A stretch of DNA of 62,448 nt, the filler included, from Basidioascus undulatus (lineage: Eukaryota), in the NCBI GenBank assembly GCA_000826855.1. It is 12 parts of 12 records of this genome, joined end to end, with 100 filler letters (N's around TTAATTAATTAA, not from the genome) between each part and the next. Parts side by side here need not be neighbours in the genome. Positions count along the whole stretch, not along the records: positions 48,742 to 52,102 come from JTLS01002440.1; positions 52,203 to 55,562 come from JTLS01002441.1; positions 55,663 to 58,992 come from JTLS01002442.1; positions 59,093 to 62,448 come from JTLS01002443.1; 8 more parts are not named here. The stretch is one strand, 5' to 3'. The notes under the pieces were generated by a model. The model had not been told where the DNA came from. It ran no database searches and saw nothing but the letters and a program-made list of their open reading frames with translations. Made by a program: the position numbers and the translations under genes. Shown in pieces: positions 48,742-60,982 of this stretch; position 1 is the first letter of the stretch; each line of letters starts with the position of its first letter.

Positions 48742-50890
48742 GCTGGTGCTGTTGCTGCTGGTGCTGCTGTTGCGCCGCCGCAGCCGCCGCGGCCGCCGCA
48801 TGCTGCTGCTGCTGCTGGAACTGGGCCTGCTGGGCCTGCTGCTGCTCCATGATCTCGCGCTGGCGAAGGGCGAGGAGGAGCTCCTCGCGCGTGGAAGCGG
48901 GGGCGCCGACGCCCGGGCCGAACGCGTCAAAGCCGCCGACACCGGCGAAGGGCGTGACGGGGCTCTGCGCCCAGCCGGCGCGGCGGAACGACGGGCTGGC
49001 GGTGCCGCTCTCCCAGCCCTGGCGGACGCCACCGAACGCGTCGAACTGCGTCGGCTGGGGCTGCGCAAAGTGCGCCTGCTGCTGGTGCTGGCCGAAGGGG
49101 TCGAGCGCCGGGCTCGCGTGCCCGAGCACGGGGCTCGACGCCGCGCTGCCATTGAAGCGCGGGAGGCCCACGAGGTTCAGGATCGGCAGCTGCTGCATCG
49201 CCGGCTGGGCGGGCGGCGCCGGCGGCGCGGGAGGTGAGTGGAACGGACGCGTCTTGTCCGCGACGGACTGGAGGAGGACGCCGAGGGGCTGGAAGGTCGG
49301 CTCGTCGACGCGCCGGACGTTGAGCGACTCTGGGAAGAAGCTCTGCCGGAACCAGTTGTGCATCTGCTCGGCGCTGAAAGGGCCTGTGGATTCATAGAGC
49401 GCTCTTTAGCACCTTATACGCGACCCCCAGCACTCCAGATGACATCAAACGCACCTTGAACAACGCCCGTCGGGTCCTTATACACCCATTCCACCTCGGG
49501 CGGCGGCGGCGCAGGCGTAGGCTGCGACCAGCCCGGTGGCGGGCCCGCGGCAGCCGGCGTGTTGCGCCCGGACTCGCGCGGCGAAAGCGGGTCGTCGTCG
49601 GCGTCGAGGGCCAGCGACCCGAGCACAGACGTCGCCGTGGCGATCGTGTCCTCGGCCGCGGCGGAAGGCGCAGCGGCGCCAGAGGACACAGCCGGCTCGG
49701 GCTCCTCGGTCAGGGGCGTGCGCGTGCCACTCGCGCCGTTGCCGTTGTTGCGGAGGTTCTGCGTCGAACGGCGGGCGAGGTCCTGAAGCGAGGGGCGGTT
49801 GCGCTGTTGTATTGCCCAATTTCATCAGCAAGAATTTCTCCGGGAGGTAGCTTGAACGAGACGCACCCTGAGTGCAGACCCCGCGTATTTGACCTTCTCG
49901 CCGTTCTCGGTCGCGGGCCTGGCCGACTCGTCTTCCTCGTTGAGCGGCAAGGGCACCTTTTTGAAGCGGCTCGCCCAGCCGCCTTCCTCGCCCTCCTTCT
50001 TGCCCCATTCGGTGCGGCCGAGGACGCCGTCGAATCCGGGCGAGCGGGTCGAGCCCCACCCGCCTGGCGAAGTCGCCCCGGGCGAGTTGAGCGGGGTGCG
50101 GCGCGAGGGATAGTCTGTACCATGCCTCCGTCAGCCTCAGTTCCGCCTCAACACGGATGATGGTGAGCGGGAGGAACAAGCACGCACCTCCCGAATCGGT
50201 TCTACGCGCCCTGGGCGTAGTCGCGCCGCCGCCCAGGCCGCCGAGCACGCCGCCCTGAATGCCCGAGAAGCGCTCGCGCGACGGGCTGTCCTTGCCGGAC
50301 TCCGTGCGACGGAGACGGTCAGGACGGGTAGGGTGTCCGCCCTCGGCATGACGCTCGCCAGAGTCGGTGGAGAGATTGTGCGACGAGGCGTGGGAATGAT
50401 GGGGGGGACGGCGCTTGATCTCGGAGTGGATCGGACCACAGAAGAGCTGGGAAGAGGTAGGATGTCAGCGCTGTGCCCAAAACATTGCCCAGGATCTCCT
50501 GCGCTGATGCACAGCTACGCCTTCATTTCCCTTGACGAGCTCCATATGGCGCAAAGAAGACCAACTGCTCACCTTCTTCTCCTGCTCGGTCAAGTCCCTG
50601 CATCCGACGGGCACGACGGCGATCTCTGTGACCATCACGTCGTGCTTCTCCATCTCGAGAGGGACGCCCTGGGTGCGCTTGGGGTCCCAGAGGCTGAGCA
50701 TGTGCTCGCGGCTGTACTTGAACGGGTTCGTGACGTCTGCGCCGTTGGAGAACGCGGCGGCGGAGGGCAGGGGCGGGGTCGCGACGGACGAGTACGTCGG
50801 CGTGTCCGGGAGGGACGGCGTTGGCGGCTGGTCGGTGCTGATGTTGTGCTTGGACTTGCGCATCCACTCGGGCGTGAAAGCTTGCGACAT
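48742..50890 (-). CDS. GYF-domain protein (Smy2/GIGYF-like), 3'-truncated, with polyQ/polyA tract
   Basis: F.PEWMR start, PFKYSREHMLSLW, and WVYKDPTGVVQG|PFSAEQMHNWFRQSFFPESLNVRR. Confidence 0.88.
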
Positions 50891-51725
50891 TGTTGAGGCG
50901 GGTTTGTGCGTGTGAGAAGACGGTGGATTGTGGCTAAACGGAAAAATTGAGGACGCGTGAGCAGGAGAATTGGGCCTCGAAAAACGCGCGAGGATGATAG
51001 GGATAAACGGACAAGATTGTGGAGACTGTGATGGACACCGTCTGAAATGGATTTAATGGCAAAAGGTGCGAGCTGAGATGGAAGGCTGGCGTGGAGAAGA
51101 TCCCGGGCGTTCTGTACGCAGCCATTTGACGCACTTTGCTAAGGAATGCTAAACGCCGAAATGAGCCCGACCGTGGCATTCGTGGCCTGCGTTCCATATT
51201 GTTTGAAACTGAAACGCGTACGGCAACATAAGTTTGTACATCGAAGAGAGTCACAAGAAGGTACAAGATATAGATCTCCCAGTATCTCAAAGTTGGAGGG
51301 CAGCCTCAGACGATGGTTGCTTTCGACAGCTGTAATGGTACCGCACCCTGCGGCTACATTCACCAAATGAGGAACGCATTAGCCTTTCCAAAGCTAGGCC
51401 AATTCCTAGCCTTGCTTTCTTTGTAGGTCACGGCAGCATAAGGGCCCGACGACGCCTATCTGCTTCCGCCACTGGGTCACCCAACCTGAAGGTCACCGAT
51501 CACGCATCATGCTCTCGGCCAGCGGAAGCTACACGCCTCGCTGGATTCAAGGGGGCAGACTTAGCTCTGAATTCATACAGCGCAGAGGACTATTCGAGCA
51601 GAATGCCGCTCTGCTCCGTAGGTGAGGTCACCCAGACGTTCCGGCCAGCCGGCCAGCCAGGCATCGTCTTCTATCTCCCACGCTCATTCCCCTCCCTTAT
51701 AGTTTGAAATCAGTGTTGCACTCCA

Positions 51726-52015
51726 ATGACTACCCTTCTCTTCGGGGCACCCTGCATATACGACTCGCACGCGCACGATGCCGCGTCAGGCGCGTGCATG
51801 TACAAGTCCGACACGCCATTCAAGCGCCCGCCGACCACTCCCGTAACGACCGTGCTGCGCCGCGGGCCGGACGACCGCGAGCTAGCTCATATCGAATGGG
51901 GCTCTGGGGGTTGGGATGAGATGCGAATCACCGTGGGGCGGGAGAAGGATGAGCGCGGCTTGTGGGGCGGAGGGAGGGAGGTCGCGGTTGAGGAGCTTGT
52001 GAGAAGGTCGGATCA
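51726..52015 (+). CDS. Hypothetical small protein, first exon (possibly DUF6593-like)
   Basis: MTTLLFG..MYKSDTP..VTTVLRR..LAHIEW; GC3-rich, with TATA-like TTATAG upstream; contig ends shortly after. Confidence 0.4.
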
Positions 52016-52637
52016 GTGAGTGCGGGGATGGTTTCCCAGTTATGAAATAAAACTTAGTACCATCTTATATATCCTACAGAGAATTCGAGTTCTGCACGCC
52101 CANNNNNNNNNNNNNNNNNNNNNNNNNNNNNNNNNNNNNNNNNNNNTTAATTAATTAANNNNNNNNNNNNNNNNNNNNNNNNNNNNNNNNNNNNNNNNNN
52201 NNAGAGGAGGGAAGGAGAGGGAGGGATGGTGAGGTGGAGAGTGGGGGTTGGGAAGGACGGGGAGAGCGATTAGTTTAATTCCATGATACCTCGTTTTTGA
52301 TCGTTCATAGCGAAGGCTGGTGGAACTCGTGGGCTGGCTGGCCTGTCGGTGCAGGCAAGTACACGTCTTAACAGCAACGCCGGGCTCGCTGCTCGGAGTT
52401 CGTTCTCTCCTTTCCCTCCCACTCCGTTCGCCCCAGTGCCCCAGTTCCGATTTCAGCAATACAAACTGGCACCGTATGTAATTGTGTTTCAATTCCATGG
52501 CGAGCCCTCGCAGTGCATTGCACCGCACGTGACGATACTCAACCTTCTCGCTTCATCGAGAGAACTCAGCCTCCGCTCCTGCCTTGCAGTCCTTCAAGCG
52601 CCGATTCTCTGTTCCACCCCTCACTAGTATCTCAGCC

Positions 52638-53618
52638 ATGTCCGTCCGCTTCGTACCAGCAATCGTAAAAGAAGCGCGTCCCCGCTCAAGTCCAGCGCAG
52701 TGTCTCCAAGCGCTCCGCCTCTGACCCCCAGTCGCGCTCGCACCGCAGGAGCTGACGACGCGGCACACGCCCCTCCCCGACGAGGAGCTGCACCACTACG
52801 AGGGCTCTGGCGTCGGGTCGGCCGGCGGGGACGAGGAGAGGCGGGTTTTGTTGTGTTGGCATCGCGATGTGAGTGACGCGCTGTGCTGCTGTGCGGACGA
52901 CGGTGCGCTGAGTAAAGAGAGGAGGACATAGCAAGCTTCTGAGGAGGCGGTTTCGTAGTATGTTCTCGAGTAGTATCTGTGATATGTGGGGAAGCTAAGT
53001 GGCATGAGTGCGGCAGCTACATGAAGAACATCTCCCGGAAAGGGGACCAGTAGGTCCACGGAGCTTCCCCTTCGCCTTCTGCGGAACACGGGTACTGAAT
53101 GGCCAAAGAGCCTACAGCGTCTTCATCCTCACCGTCCTCCCCGCCTCCGTGCACGCCTCCGCCTGGGGCGAAGGCGTGCATCCGCCGGCCGAGGAGCGCG
53201 ACGCGCTGCGCATGATCCGCCAGGACGCGCTCGCGCAGCTGCGCGGGCTTGCGGAGCGGGTGTCGAAGGGCGTTCCGGGGGTGCGTTGGTTCCTAGTTAA
53301 GACGATATGAGAGATGGGGTGGGTGGGCTGATGAGAGAGGAGGGAGGGCATAGGTGAGCGTGTCGGTGCATGCGGTGCATGGGGATGCGAAGCTGGCTAT
53401 CCTGAAGATCGCGGAGGTGCATGAGGCTGATTTGATCATTCTAGGTAAGTACCTAGGGATTCAAGCTATTTCGAGGTAGATGATTCTGACGGGAATTCGC
53501 CGTAGGGAGGAGGAAACTCGGCCACTGGCAGCGGCTGTGCGAGGTAGGGAACGTCTCCAGCGCAGTCTACGCCCATGCGTCCGTGCCCGTGCTGGTGGTC
53601 AAGTGGTTCAGGGAATGA
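52638..53618 (+). CDS. Universal stress protein (USP) family, intact after splicing several micro-exons
   Basis: RRVLLCWHRD|QASEEAVS(Y)|YMKNISRKGD(H)|VFILTV..|VHGDAKLAILKIAEVHEADLIILG|RRKLG..GNVSSAVYAHASVPVLVVK. The start exon assignment is tentative. Confidence 0.85.
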
Positions 53619-54322
53619 TGTTCTTTTGCTCTTTTATTTCAAATTTTACGTCTTTCCGGTATGCCATGGCGTGTGAACAAACGAAGAATGCATGCCTGAC
53701 AATATCAAGCGACCGCCCGTCTGCGACCCAACCATTCCCGGCGCCTGTTCGTCCGGGTACGGGGTCTCCGGTCGAGGCACCGACTTGATATGACCCATAT
53801 TCAGGTATGTTTGTAGGCGTCTGAGCACAGTGAGGGCTTACCATGTGATCAGGTCGACCAGGAAGTCCCACGCTGCGATCAGGACGTCCACGATCCCGCC
53901 GACGATGGTGAGGAGCACGTTTGTGAGGGCGGTGATGACCGCCATGATCCTGTGTATCGCGTTTCATAAAGTGTTGTCATGTTGGTCCCAATGCCGTCGA
54001 GATGTATTTACGCGCCGCCTATGGCAGATATGACTTGACCCTGTGTCCACACGGCGTTCATCAGGTCTTTCGAGTGGAAGCTGTACTGGGCCTGATGACC
54101 GCACCATTCTGTATTCACTAGGGGTAGTTTTATGTAGAGATATATTGGTATAGTGGATGAAGAGACCCAAGGTAATGATGAGACGAGGTGGACAGCGGCG
54201 ATGGAGGAGGTCATGACCTGAGATCACGCATTCAAGCTCATGGAAACAGAATCCTGGACAGGTTTCAGCAGCTCAAATATACTATAGTTTAGTATTATGA
54301 ATGTAACGGTTAAGATTTTGTC

Positions 54323-54988
54323 TTACAGAGGGCGATAGTCCGGAAGGGACAGTGACAGGTAGCCTACGATCAGCTGTGCGATACGGGGAATGGCAAGCTT
54401 CGGCTCCCCATGAGCCCAGTAGACCGTAACGGAGCTTTCGGTAACCGCACTGTGAAGTCAGCCCGTTGCATTTCCTGCCAGAGTGCAAACGACCTACACA
54501 TGGGGAACACCCTTTGCCTCGATCTTCTCGGCTTGATCAAGCAGGGCCCCGATCGCCTCATATCGCCAGTTGAGAAGGTACTTCTCGTACTGGACGCGGC
54601 CTACATGCGAGACGGCACCGAAGTAGGTGGTCGGCACGACCACGACACGAATGACGGTGACCAAGAAGACGTGGTCGCCGGGGCGAAGAACGTGGTTGAT
54701 GTAGCTGTGAAGACAGGGCGACTCAGTTCTAAGGATTTATCTTAGCTGATTAATAATCCAAGGAGCAAAGTCATACTGCGTCAGCGCATTCTCCGAAGAG
54801 TGTTCCTGCTCGTCTTCCCGTCAGCCTGCGTGACAACTAGCGTCTCGAGGATCTCCACACGCCCGACGCATCTGGTAATCCCATGCGATGAAAACACGGC
54901 GGGCCTCCTTCTTCTGCGCTTTCCCTTGGGGACCGTGCGGACCCTGTACGTGATGATGGTCGTCCTCAGGCAGGGGAGTGCGTTTGAC
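54323..54988 (-). pseudogene. Second USP paralogue, probably disrupted; limits approximate
   Basis: KRTPLPEDDHHH, RRVFIAWD, ENALTH|YINHVLRPGDHVFLVTV and HGEPKLAIPRIA parallel the neighbouring USP. The expected donor reads ATGCGT (54871) and no C-terminal PVLVV segment was found. Confidence 0.65.
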
Positions 54989-55168
54989 CTGGCTCTTTAC
55001 ACGGCACTGTGTTACGACTTGCCAGAAGTGCGCAAGCAAGTTGTCGGTCACTTCACGCATCACGGTTCGGGCAGGCGGGGAACATCCGCAACTTCAGCGC
55101 CGCGCGTGTGTACGTTGCAGCGCTCAGGTCTGCACTGCTGCAGCTCAAACTCCATCTCCCAAAGCGCA

Positions 55169-55562
55169 ATGGATCAACCAACCCCGGCGCCTAATCCACC
55201 CTCTCACGCGCCCCACCCCCTCCCCACAAACCACCTCCTCACGCCCCTCGCCAACCCCCAGCCCCAGCCCAACCTCACGCGAACCTCCTTCCCCAGCTCC
55301 TCCCGTGCCAAGCGGCGCAAAACGCGCAAGTCCAGATCCGACAGGGGCGACAGACCGAGTGCGAGGACATCCCGGCCTGAGAGGCGTGTGGGGGGCGGGA
55401 CGAGGGACTCGGACTCGGACGGCTCGGTGGGATGGGAGAAGGTGGGAGAGGTCGGACGGGAAGAGGGGGGCGAGGAGGGGGAAGGCCGGAGTGCGAAGGA
55501 GAGAAGGACGGCGAGAAGGGCGTTTGTGTATGCGCGGAGGTAGGCTAGGATCCCCTCCGCGG
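55169..55562 (+). CDS. Hypothetical protein, 5' part
   Basis: ATG at 55169 opens a Pro-rich then charged frame ending at a possible GTAGGC donor near the contig end; no family recognised. Confidence 0.3.
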
Positions 55563-56674
55563 NNNNNNNNNNNNNNNNNNNNNNNNNNNNNNNNNNNNNN
55601 NNNNNNTTAATTAATTAANNNNNNNNNNNNNNNNNNNNNNNNNNNNNNNNNNNNNNNNNNNNAGCGCTTCAGTCCCTTCGCGCGTGCATCGGGTACGTCC
55701 TTGTTTTTCACTTGTTTCTCAAATACCTGTAAACCTTCTGACCACGACCTCGCCTTCCTTCCAATGCATCGGAGGTCAGCGACGCTCTCGACGAGGCCGA
55801 GCAGTACGCCTACTTTAACGTCCCCTCCGCCTGAACGGGTGACAAGATGACTTTCCGGGAAGAGATCTCAAGGAACATGGTATTCCAGGAGTTCATGTAG
55901 TTTTTCTCATTGGCGGTAATCTCACAGGCGATGGCTGCCTGACTACAGCTGTCATCGCTCAACAGATGACTGGCTTTTGTAAGATGCGTGAATGCCTGAA
56001 GTGTCATGCAGGACGAACTTTATTGCTTTTCAATAAGCTGGAAGGGACAAATGCGACATCAGGTTTTCATTGACCACACGCTTTTGCCAAGTTTTTCCCG
56101 GACACATTCAGTAAAATCTAGTCATCGGCAGTTACCACCATTTCTCTAGTGACTGACTCAGGGATGTCTTGAGGGAGCTGTGTACCTTGACCAGCCGTGG
56201 GCGTGAGCTTTGTAATATGCTCAAAAGCAGCAGCTCATCTACTGGTGTCAAAACTATCCTTTTATTCTTAACCTCACTGCACTCCTATCATGCAATTTCA
56301 CTCAGCCTGGAAAACTTACCACAGATGAAATTAGGCGGAGATGGGTCTGTCCTTGCTTGGCCCAAAGTAAATGGTGATCAGTAATTTTACACGATCGCAT
56401 TTTTTTTTGCTTTTTGGCTGCACTTGATTGCGAAGTTTGTCTCTTTGGCGAGTCCCCTGCTCCGTGTTTCGTCTTGATAGCCGACAAATCAGGAAGTGAC
56501 AGCGGCGTTTCCGTCAGACTCGTCTTAATCTCTTCTTTCTTCTCTCATCATAACTCATCATCCAACCACCGCCGTCCCTTCCGACAACATTTGCCATGAT
56601 GCGTGCGCCTCATTTATGTACCGACTTTGAGACTAGCGGCCTCGAGACTGAAATTCGCAGGACGGCAGGCCCCG

Positions 56675-57394
56675 CCCACCCTGCCCCCCGAGCTGCATGC
56701 CGAAATCCTCTCCTACACACCCCTCCTTCTCTCGCAACGTCATATCTAGTCCCTCCGCTGGCGCACGCTCGCAGACCCCGTCGCGCTCCACACGGTCGGC
56801 CCTGGAGCGCCGAGGTCCCGTCATCGACGTGGGCCTCATGAGCGGCTCGCCACGACGCTCACGCTCCGCCCGGACCTCAGAGTGCCCTTCGTGCAACTCT
56901 CCGTGCTCCAAAACCTCCGGGTACCGGCACTCATCATGCGCTCTTGCACCGCGCTCGACACCGTCGCCTTTGTGGGCGCATGGAACGCCTCCCCAATGGC
57001 GCAGATTAGTCGGTTGGCGGCCGCGCTGGGCAATGCGCAGCCGATGGTAGTGAAAGGCCTGTATGGTCTGGACCCTTCTTGCCTGGCTGTGCTCGGAGTA
57101 TGGATCGAGCGGTTGGAGGAAGCAGAAATGCGGGACTGGGATTGGGACCTCGAGTCCCGGTCGGGGTGGGACTGGGCGGCACAGGCGCCGAGCGTGAGGC
57201 GAATCAGGCTATACGAAGGCTTTCGCGAAGGGCGAGAAATCGGCGTGGTCGCAGGCCGGCTGAAGAGGTACATGAGAGGCTGGAGAGGGTTGGACCGGGT
57301 CCAGCTGGAGGTGACGGAGCCCTCGCAAATGGATTGGGTGTTTAGGGCGGCGGTGGAAGAGGTGGAGCGTGAAGGATGTTGTGAGGGGTTGTAG
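56675..57394 (+). pseudogene. F-box-like gene, disrupted
   Basis: PTLPPELHAEILSY F-box start followed by an in-frame TAG about ten codons later; a coding-like 170-aa frame follows at 56882-57394. Confidence 0.45.
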
Positions 57395-57861
57395 GGTGGA
57401 TATCGTCGTGGTACCGGGGTAAGGGTAGACATGCAATCGCTTCGTGTCCATGTCGACGGGCTTGTCACGGTGCTGAGCGCTGAGGATCCAGCTCCACTCT
57501 CCACTTATTCAATACCCTCTTCGACGATTCTGATGTTCGGATAATGTAGTGGGCGTACGCACGGTTGTGTTCACTGTCTCGTCTGACAGAGAGACGATAC
57601 GAACGTGGTTGCTGGACTCTAGCGACGTTGTCTTTTCTCCGCATCCACACGACCACGTCACCCGCTTCATCATGAGCAGGGATCGTTTGGGCGCGTCACG
57701 CTCGACCATGTACAAGCTGCTTCGCTCCGAGACACTCGAGGGCTTCAGACACTCTGTTCTCGCCCTACCGCATATCATTGCGCGGAGCTCGACGAAGCAT
57801 TTGACAACTGGGAACGCGGGTGCGAGTTTTCCAGAGAACCCTGCACAATTGGCGCCAAAAA

Positions 57862-57923
57862 TGCAAAGGCGCGACGTATGCGCCCGTGAGCACCTGCGGG
57901 AGGACTGGCCGGATCACAAGGAG
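57862..57923 (+). pseudogene. Degenerate MYND-type zinc finger remnant
   Basis: CKGATY in one frame joins CAREHLREDWPDHKE in another, followed by a GTGCGC donor. Confidence 0.35.
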
Positions 57924-58947
57924 GTGCGCTGTCTCCTGATGCACTTTCCAAATTCTCGCTCACGCAGGACGGTCCGACAGTGGTGGAAGGCTCATCGGCT
58001 CCCGTAAAGTGCTCGGAGGGCGTTTTGACGAAAGGTTGTGGGGAAGAGGCGATGGGCTGCGCTTTTTGCCATGCTTGGGATAACCTTCTGCTGGAGTGAG
58101 AGCGCAGTCCCCATATCTTCAGCGGTCATTCCTTACTTCTGGTATGGCCTTCTGGAGATAGCAACATGCGATGCATTTTCTCGGGAAAGCTTCATGTATC
58201 GGGATGCCAAGGCAATCCCGAGGATTCTTGGAAATCGGGAAACCCGGAGCTCGAAAGGCTACATCCTTGCGTGCACTCTGTTCACAACCCCCGGAGGTGG
58301 TCTCGAGTGGCACTGGGAAGGGAGAACCACGTCTGTGTGAGTTGAATATCGCTCTGTTCCGTTGGCAAGGGGAGAATCTCGATGCGACGGCATGCTGAGC
58401 GACGGCAAGCTGAGCTGCTGAGCGACGCTGGCGCACCCTCGTAGCCTCTTCAAACCGCCAGGACCTCCTTGAGCCATTGTTCCGTTGCGTTCACCTGGAA
58501 GGATCATCTCAATGTACAGAAATACCCAGGCGCATTTCTGGGCTGATGCAGCTTTGAAAATGCACTGGTCCCGATAGGCTGCACCAGCTGACCTCCCGCG
58601 AAAGCCTGGGCTGCTTAGTTCGGTCCAATGCAACGCAGGATTCCCCGCGCCCTGTTCTGTCCTCGTCCTCGACCCTAAGTCACAAACCGCTTCTCCTTGA
58701 CCCACAGTACACACGCATCATATAGCAAACAACATCAATCCTTTAAGTCCCTCAAACCAAGAAGCAGTACCGTCCAAGCTCGCCCCCCTGTCCGCTCCTC
58801 CCTCCCTCCTCCTCCAGCCCAACAATCCGACGCCTCCTCTCCTCCTTCACGTCACCTTCCGCCGGAAGTCTCCAAACCCCTACGCTACCTAGTCCTCGTC
58901 CCCCGCAAGCGCCCACATGTAATACACCCCCAAACTCCGATCTACCC

Positions 58948-58992
<45 letters not shown>

Positions 58993-59092
58993 NNNNNNNN
59001 NNNNNNNNNNNNNNNNNNNNNNNNNNNNNNNNNNNNTTAATTAATTAANNNNNNNNNNNNNNNNNNNNNNNNNNNNNNNNNNNNNNNNNNNN

Positions 59093-59159
59093 TGAACCCG
59101 GGTCGCCCGCGGTCAGGTTGAATGACAAGCGGATATACTAGCCACTATACTACCAAAGA
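59093..59159 (-). tRNA. Nuclear tRNA-Asp(GTC) with intron, 3' end cut by contig edge
   Basis: TCTTTGG TA GTATAGTGGCTAGTATA TCCGC TT GTC A|intron|..GCGGG CGAC CCGGG TTCA. Confidence 0.85.
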
Positions 59160-59962
59160 TTGACGTCTAAGTTTTCAGTCAATTTTAGTCAACACATGCA
59201 CAATAAATAATGTGTGCTTTCGGCCACAAGGCGGAGGGCGGACGTCTATGCATTCATTTTCAGTGGAATTGGTTTGGTTTGTATCACAATGCAAGATTAC
59301 ATTGAGCGAATACGCTCCGGTTACGCTTGCTATTGGACATCACCGGCAGCCACCACCGTCGGTTCTCTGCAGCAGCCGGGTCTTGCGCGCACAATCTGAA
59401 GGACTAAAACACGCTCATTCAGAGTCAATTGAAGCTCAATTCCGTCTAGGTTCTTGGCGAACAACCAAGGTCAGCCAGACGCCGATGCACCCTTCCAACC
59501 GTTCGTGTCCAACAGACTGCGCCGCAGACTACGTTATCCATGAAACCAACCTTCCGAATCGTAGAGTCGCTCGGAGATACTGAATCAATGGATCCTGAAG
59601 TAGGGGTGGCATTCAGCGACAATTGAATCCTCGAAGGCACGCGACCTGGTGCGCAGCCCGGCAAGCAGTTCTGAATCCCGAGCAACGCTTACGCATCGGT
59701 GACTCGGTGAGCTATGTGATTCCATGCTGACGCGGCCTCTGTTCGCTCAGAGCATAAGAACAGGCCTCAGCTTCGGTCTGTTGTACCGCCTTTGCACCCC
59801 TCCTCACCGCACTCGCCAAGTGCCTACAACTGCACCGAACACCTCCCCACTCCGAGCATCGGCTTCCGACGTTCTTGCAGCACGGCACCTTCTCACTTCA
59901 CTCCGAGTAGGTTCCCCCTCCACTGCTCTTCCAGACACAGGAGTCTGAGCTCTAGGCATAGA

Positions 59963-60232
59963 ATGTTATTCAAGCTCTTCCGCAAGTCATCTCCCGCGCC
60001 CTTGCCGCCTCCCAACAAGTCGTCCACCATCACCACCGCACCGAAACACACCCCGGCGCGCGACGAAACCAAGAAGCCCCACCCCATCGATACCTACGAG
60101 GAATTTCACGGAGTTCCTGTTCTCGGGAAACAGCAGGGCGTGGGGAAGGAGGACGCAGACCTGGCGGCTGTGCGCGAGCTGAAGAAGAAGTACGGGGAGC
60201 AGGTGGGGTCGGGGTTCACGATTTTCGGTTGA
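59963..60232 (+). CDS. Small hypothetical protein (89 aa)
   Basis: Single GC3-rich ORF MLFKLFRKSSPAP..ELKKKYGEQVGSGFTIFG*; no family recognised. Confidence 0.45.
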   Translation: MLFKLFRKSSPAPLPPPNKSSTITTAPKHTPARDETKKPHPIDTYEEFHGVPVLGKQQGVGKEDADLAAVRELKKKYGEQVGSGFTIFG

Positions 60233-60982
60233 GACTGGGTGGGGAGTTGGAGGAAGGTTGAGAAAATGATCTGCTTATTTGTTCATGAAATGCACGCAGC
60301 GTTTCTACAACGCTGTAGCAGTCGCGGAGACGAGCCACTTGCGAACCACTTCGTTTACAGCCGAACGTTCCTGATGCCTCAACGTTTCGAAAGCCAATAA
60401 CATGACAGAGACATCTCAGAAAAAAAAAGCGAGCAGATTCCACTTGACGCACCCATGAAGCAAGCACGACCGCAGAGTTCCAAGCACCGCTTCGAAGGAG
60501 CATCCAGTTGCGTCGGTCCTCGGTTCTCAGACTGCTGCGTATACTGCTTGAGCCTAAATCCATGCGACGGGCACCAGAAACAACACCCCGCAGCACCTCA
60601 CATCGCCATCTGCACGCAGCGACTCCGGTCGAATGCCAACCAATGCAAGATAGATCGTTATGAAAAGCCCAGCGCATGCGGCCGGGGGCAGGGGCAGGGG
60701 GTATTGGATTACACAGCCAAACCAAAGCGTGAAAGAATGCTCCTCCGCGAGAGACTAAGGTGATGAGCAAGATAAGACGAAAAAGAACGTAGTGAATGAA
60801 TGCAAGGGGTGAATGAATGCGAGGGAGGGTAATGGCGACCGAATGAGTGAGTGCAGGAGCATGTGGTGTGTGAACGAAAAAGCGTTCGTGAAACGGCAAG
60901 GTGGTAATGTAACTTGGAAGAGGAACGGGGTAATGGGAGAATAGGGTATGGGGTACTGAGGGAAGACAGAAATCTATGAGGC

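Noticed and set aside
52932..52990. In-frame TAG/TGA stops suggesting the first USP gene is a pseudogene
   Set aside because: The stops fall inside a GTATGT..CAG intron; the spliced frame is open.
53842..53945. Small hydrophobic exon MAVITALTNVLLTIVGGIVDVLIAAW.. on the minus strand
   Set aside because: Coding-like with a GTAAGC donor, but a stop lies just upstream and I could not build a supported gene model.
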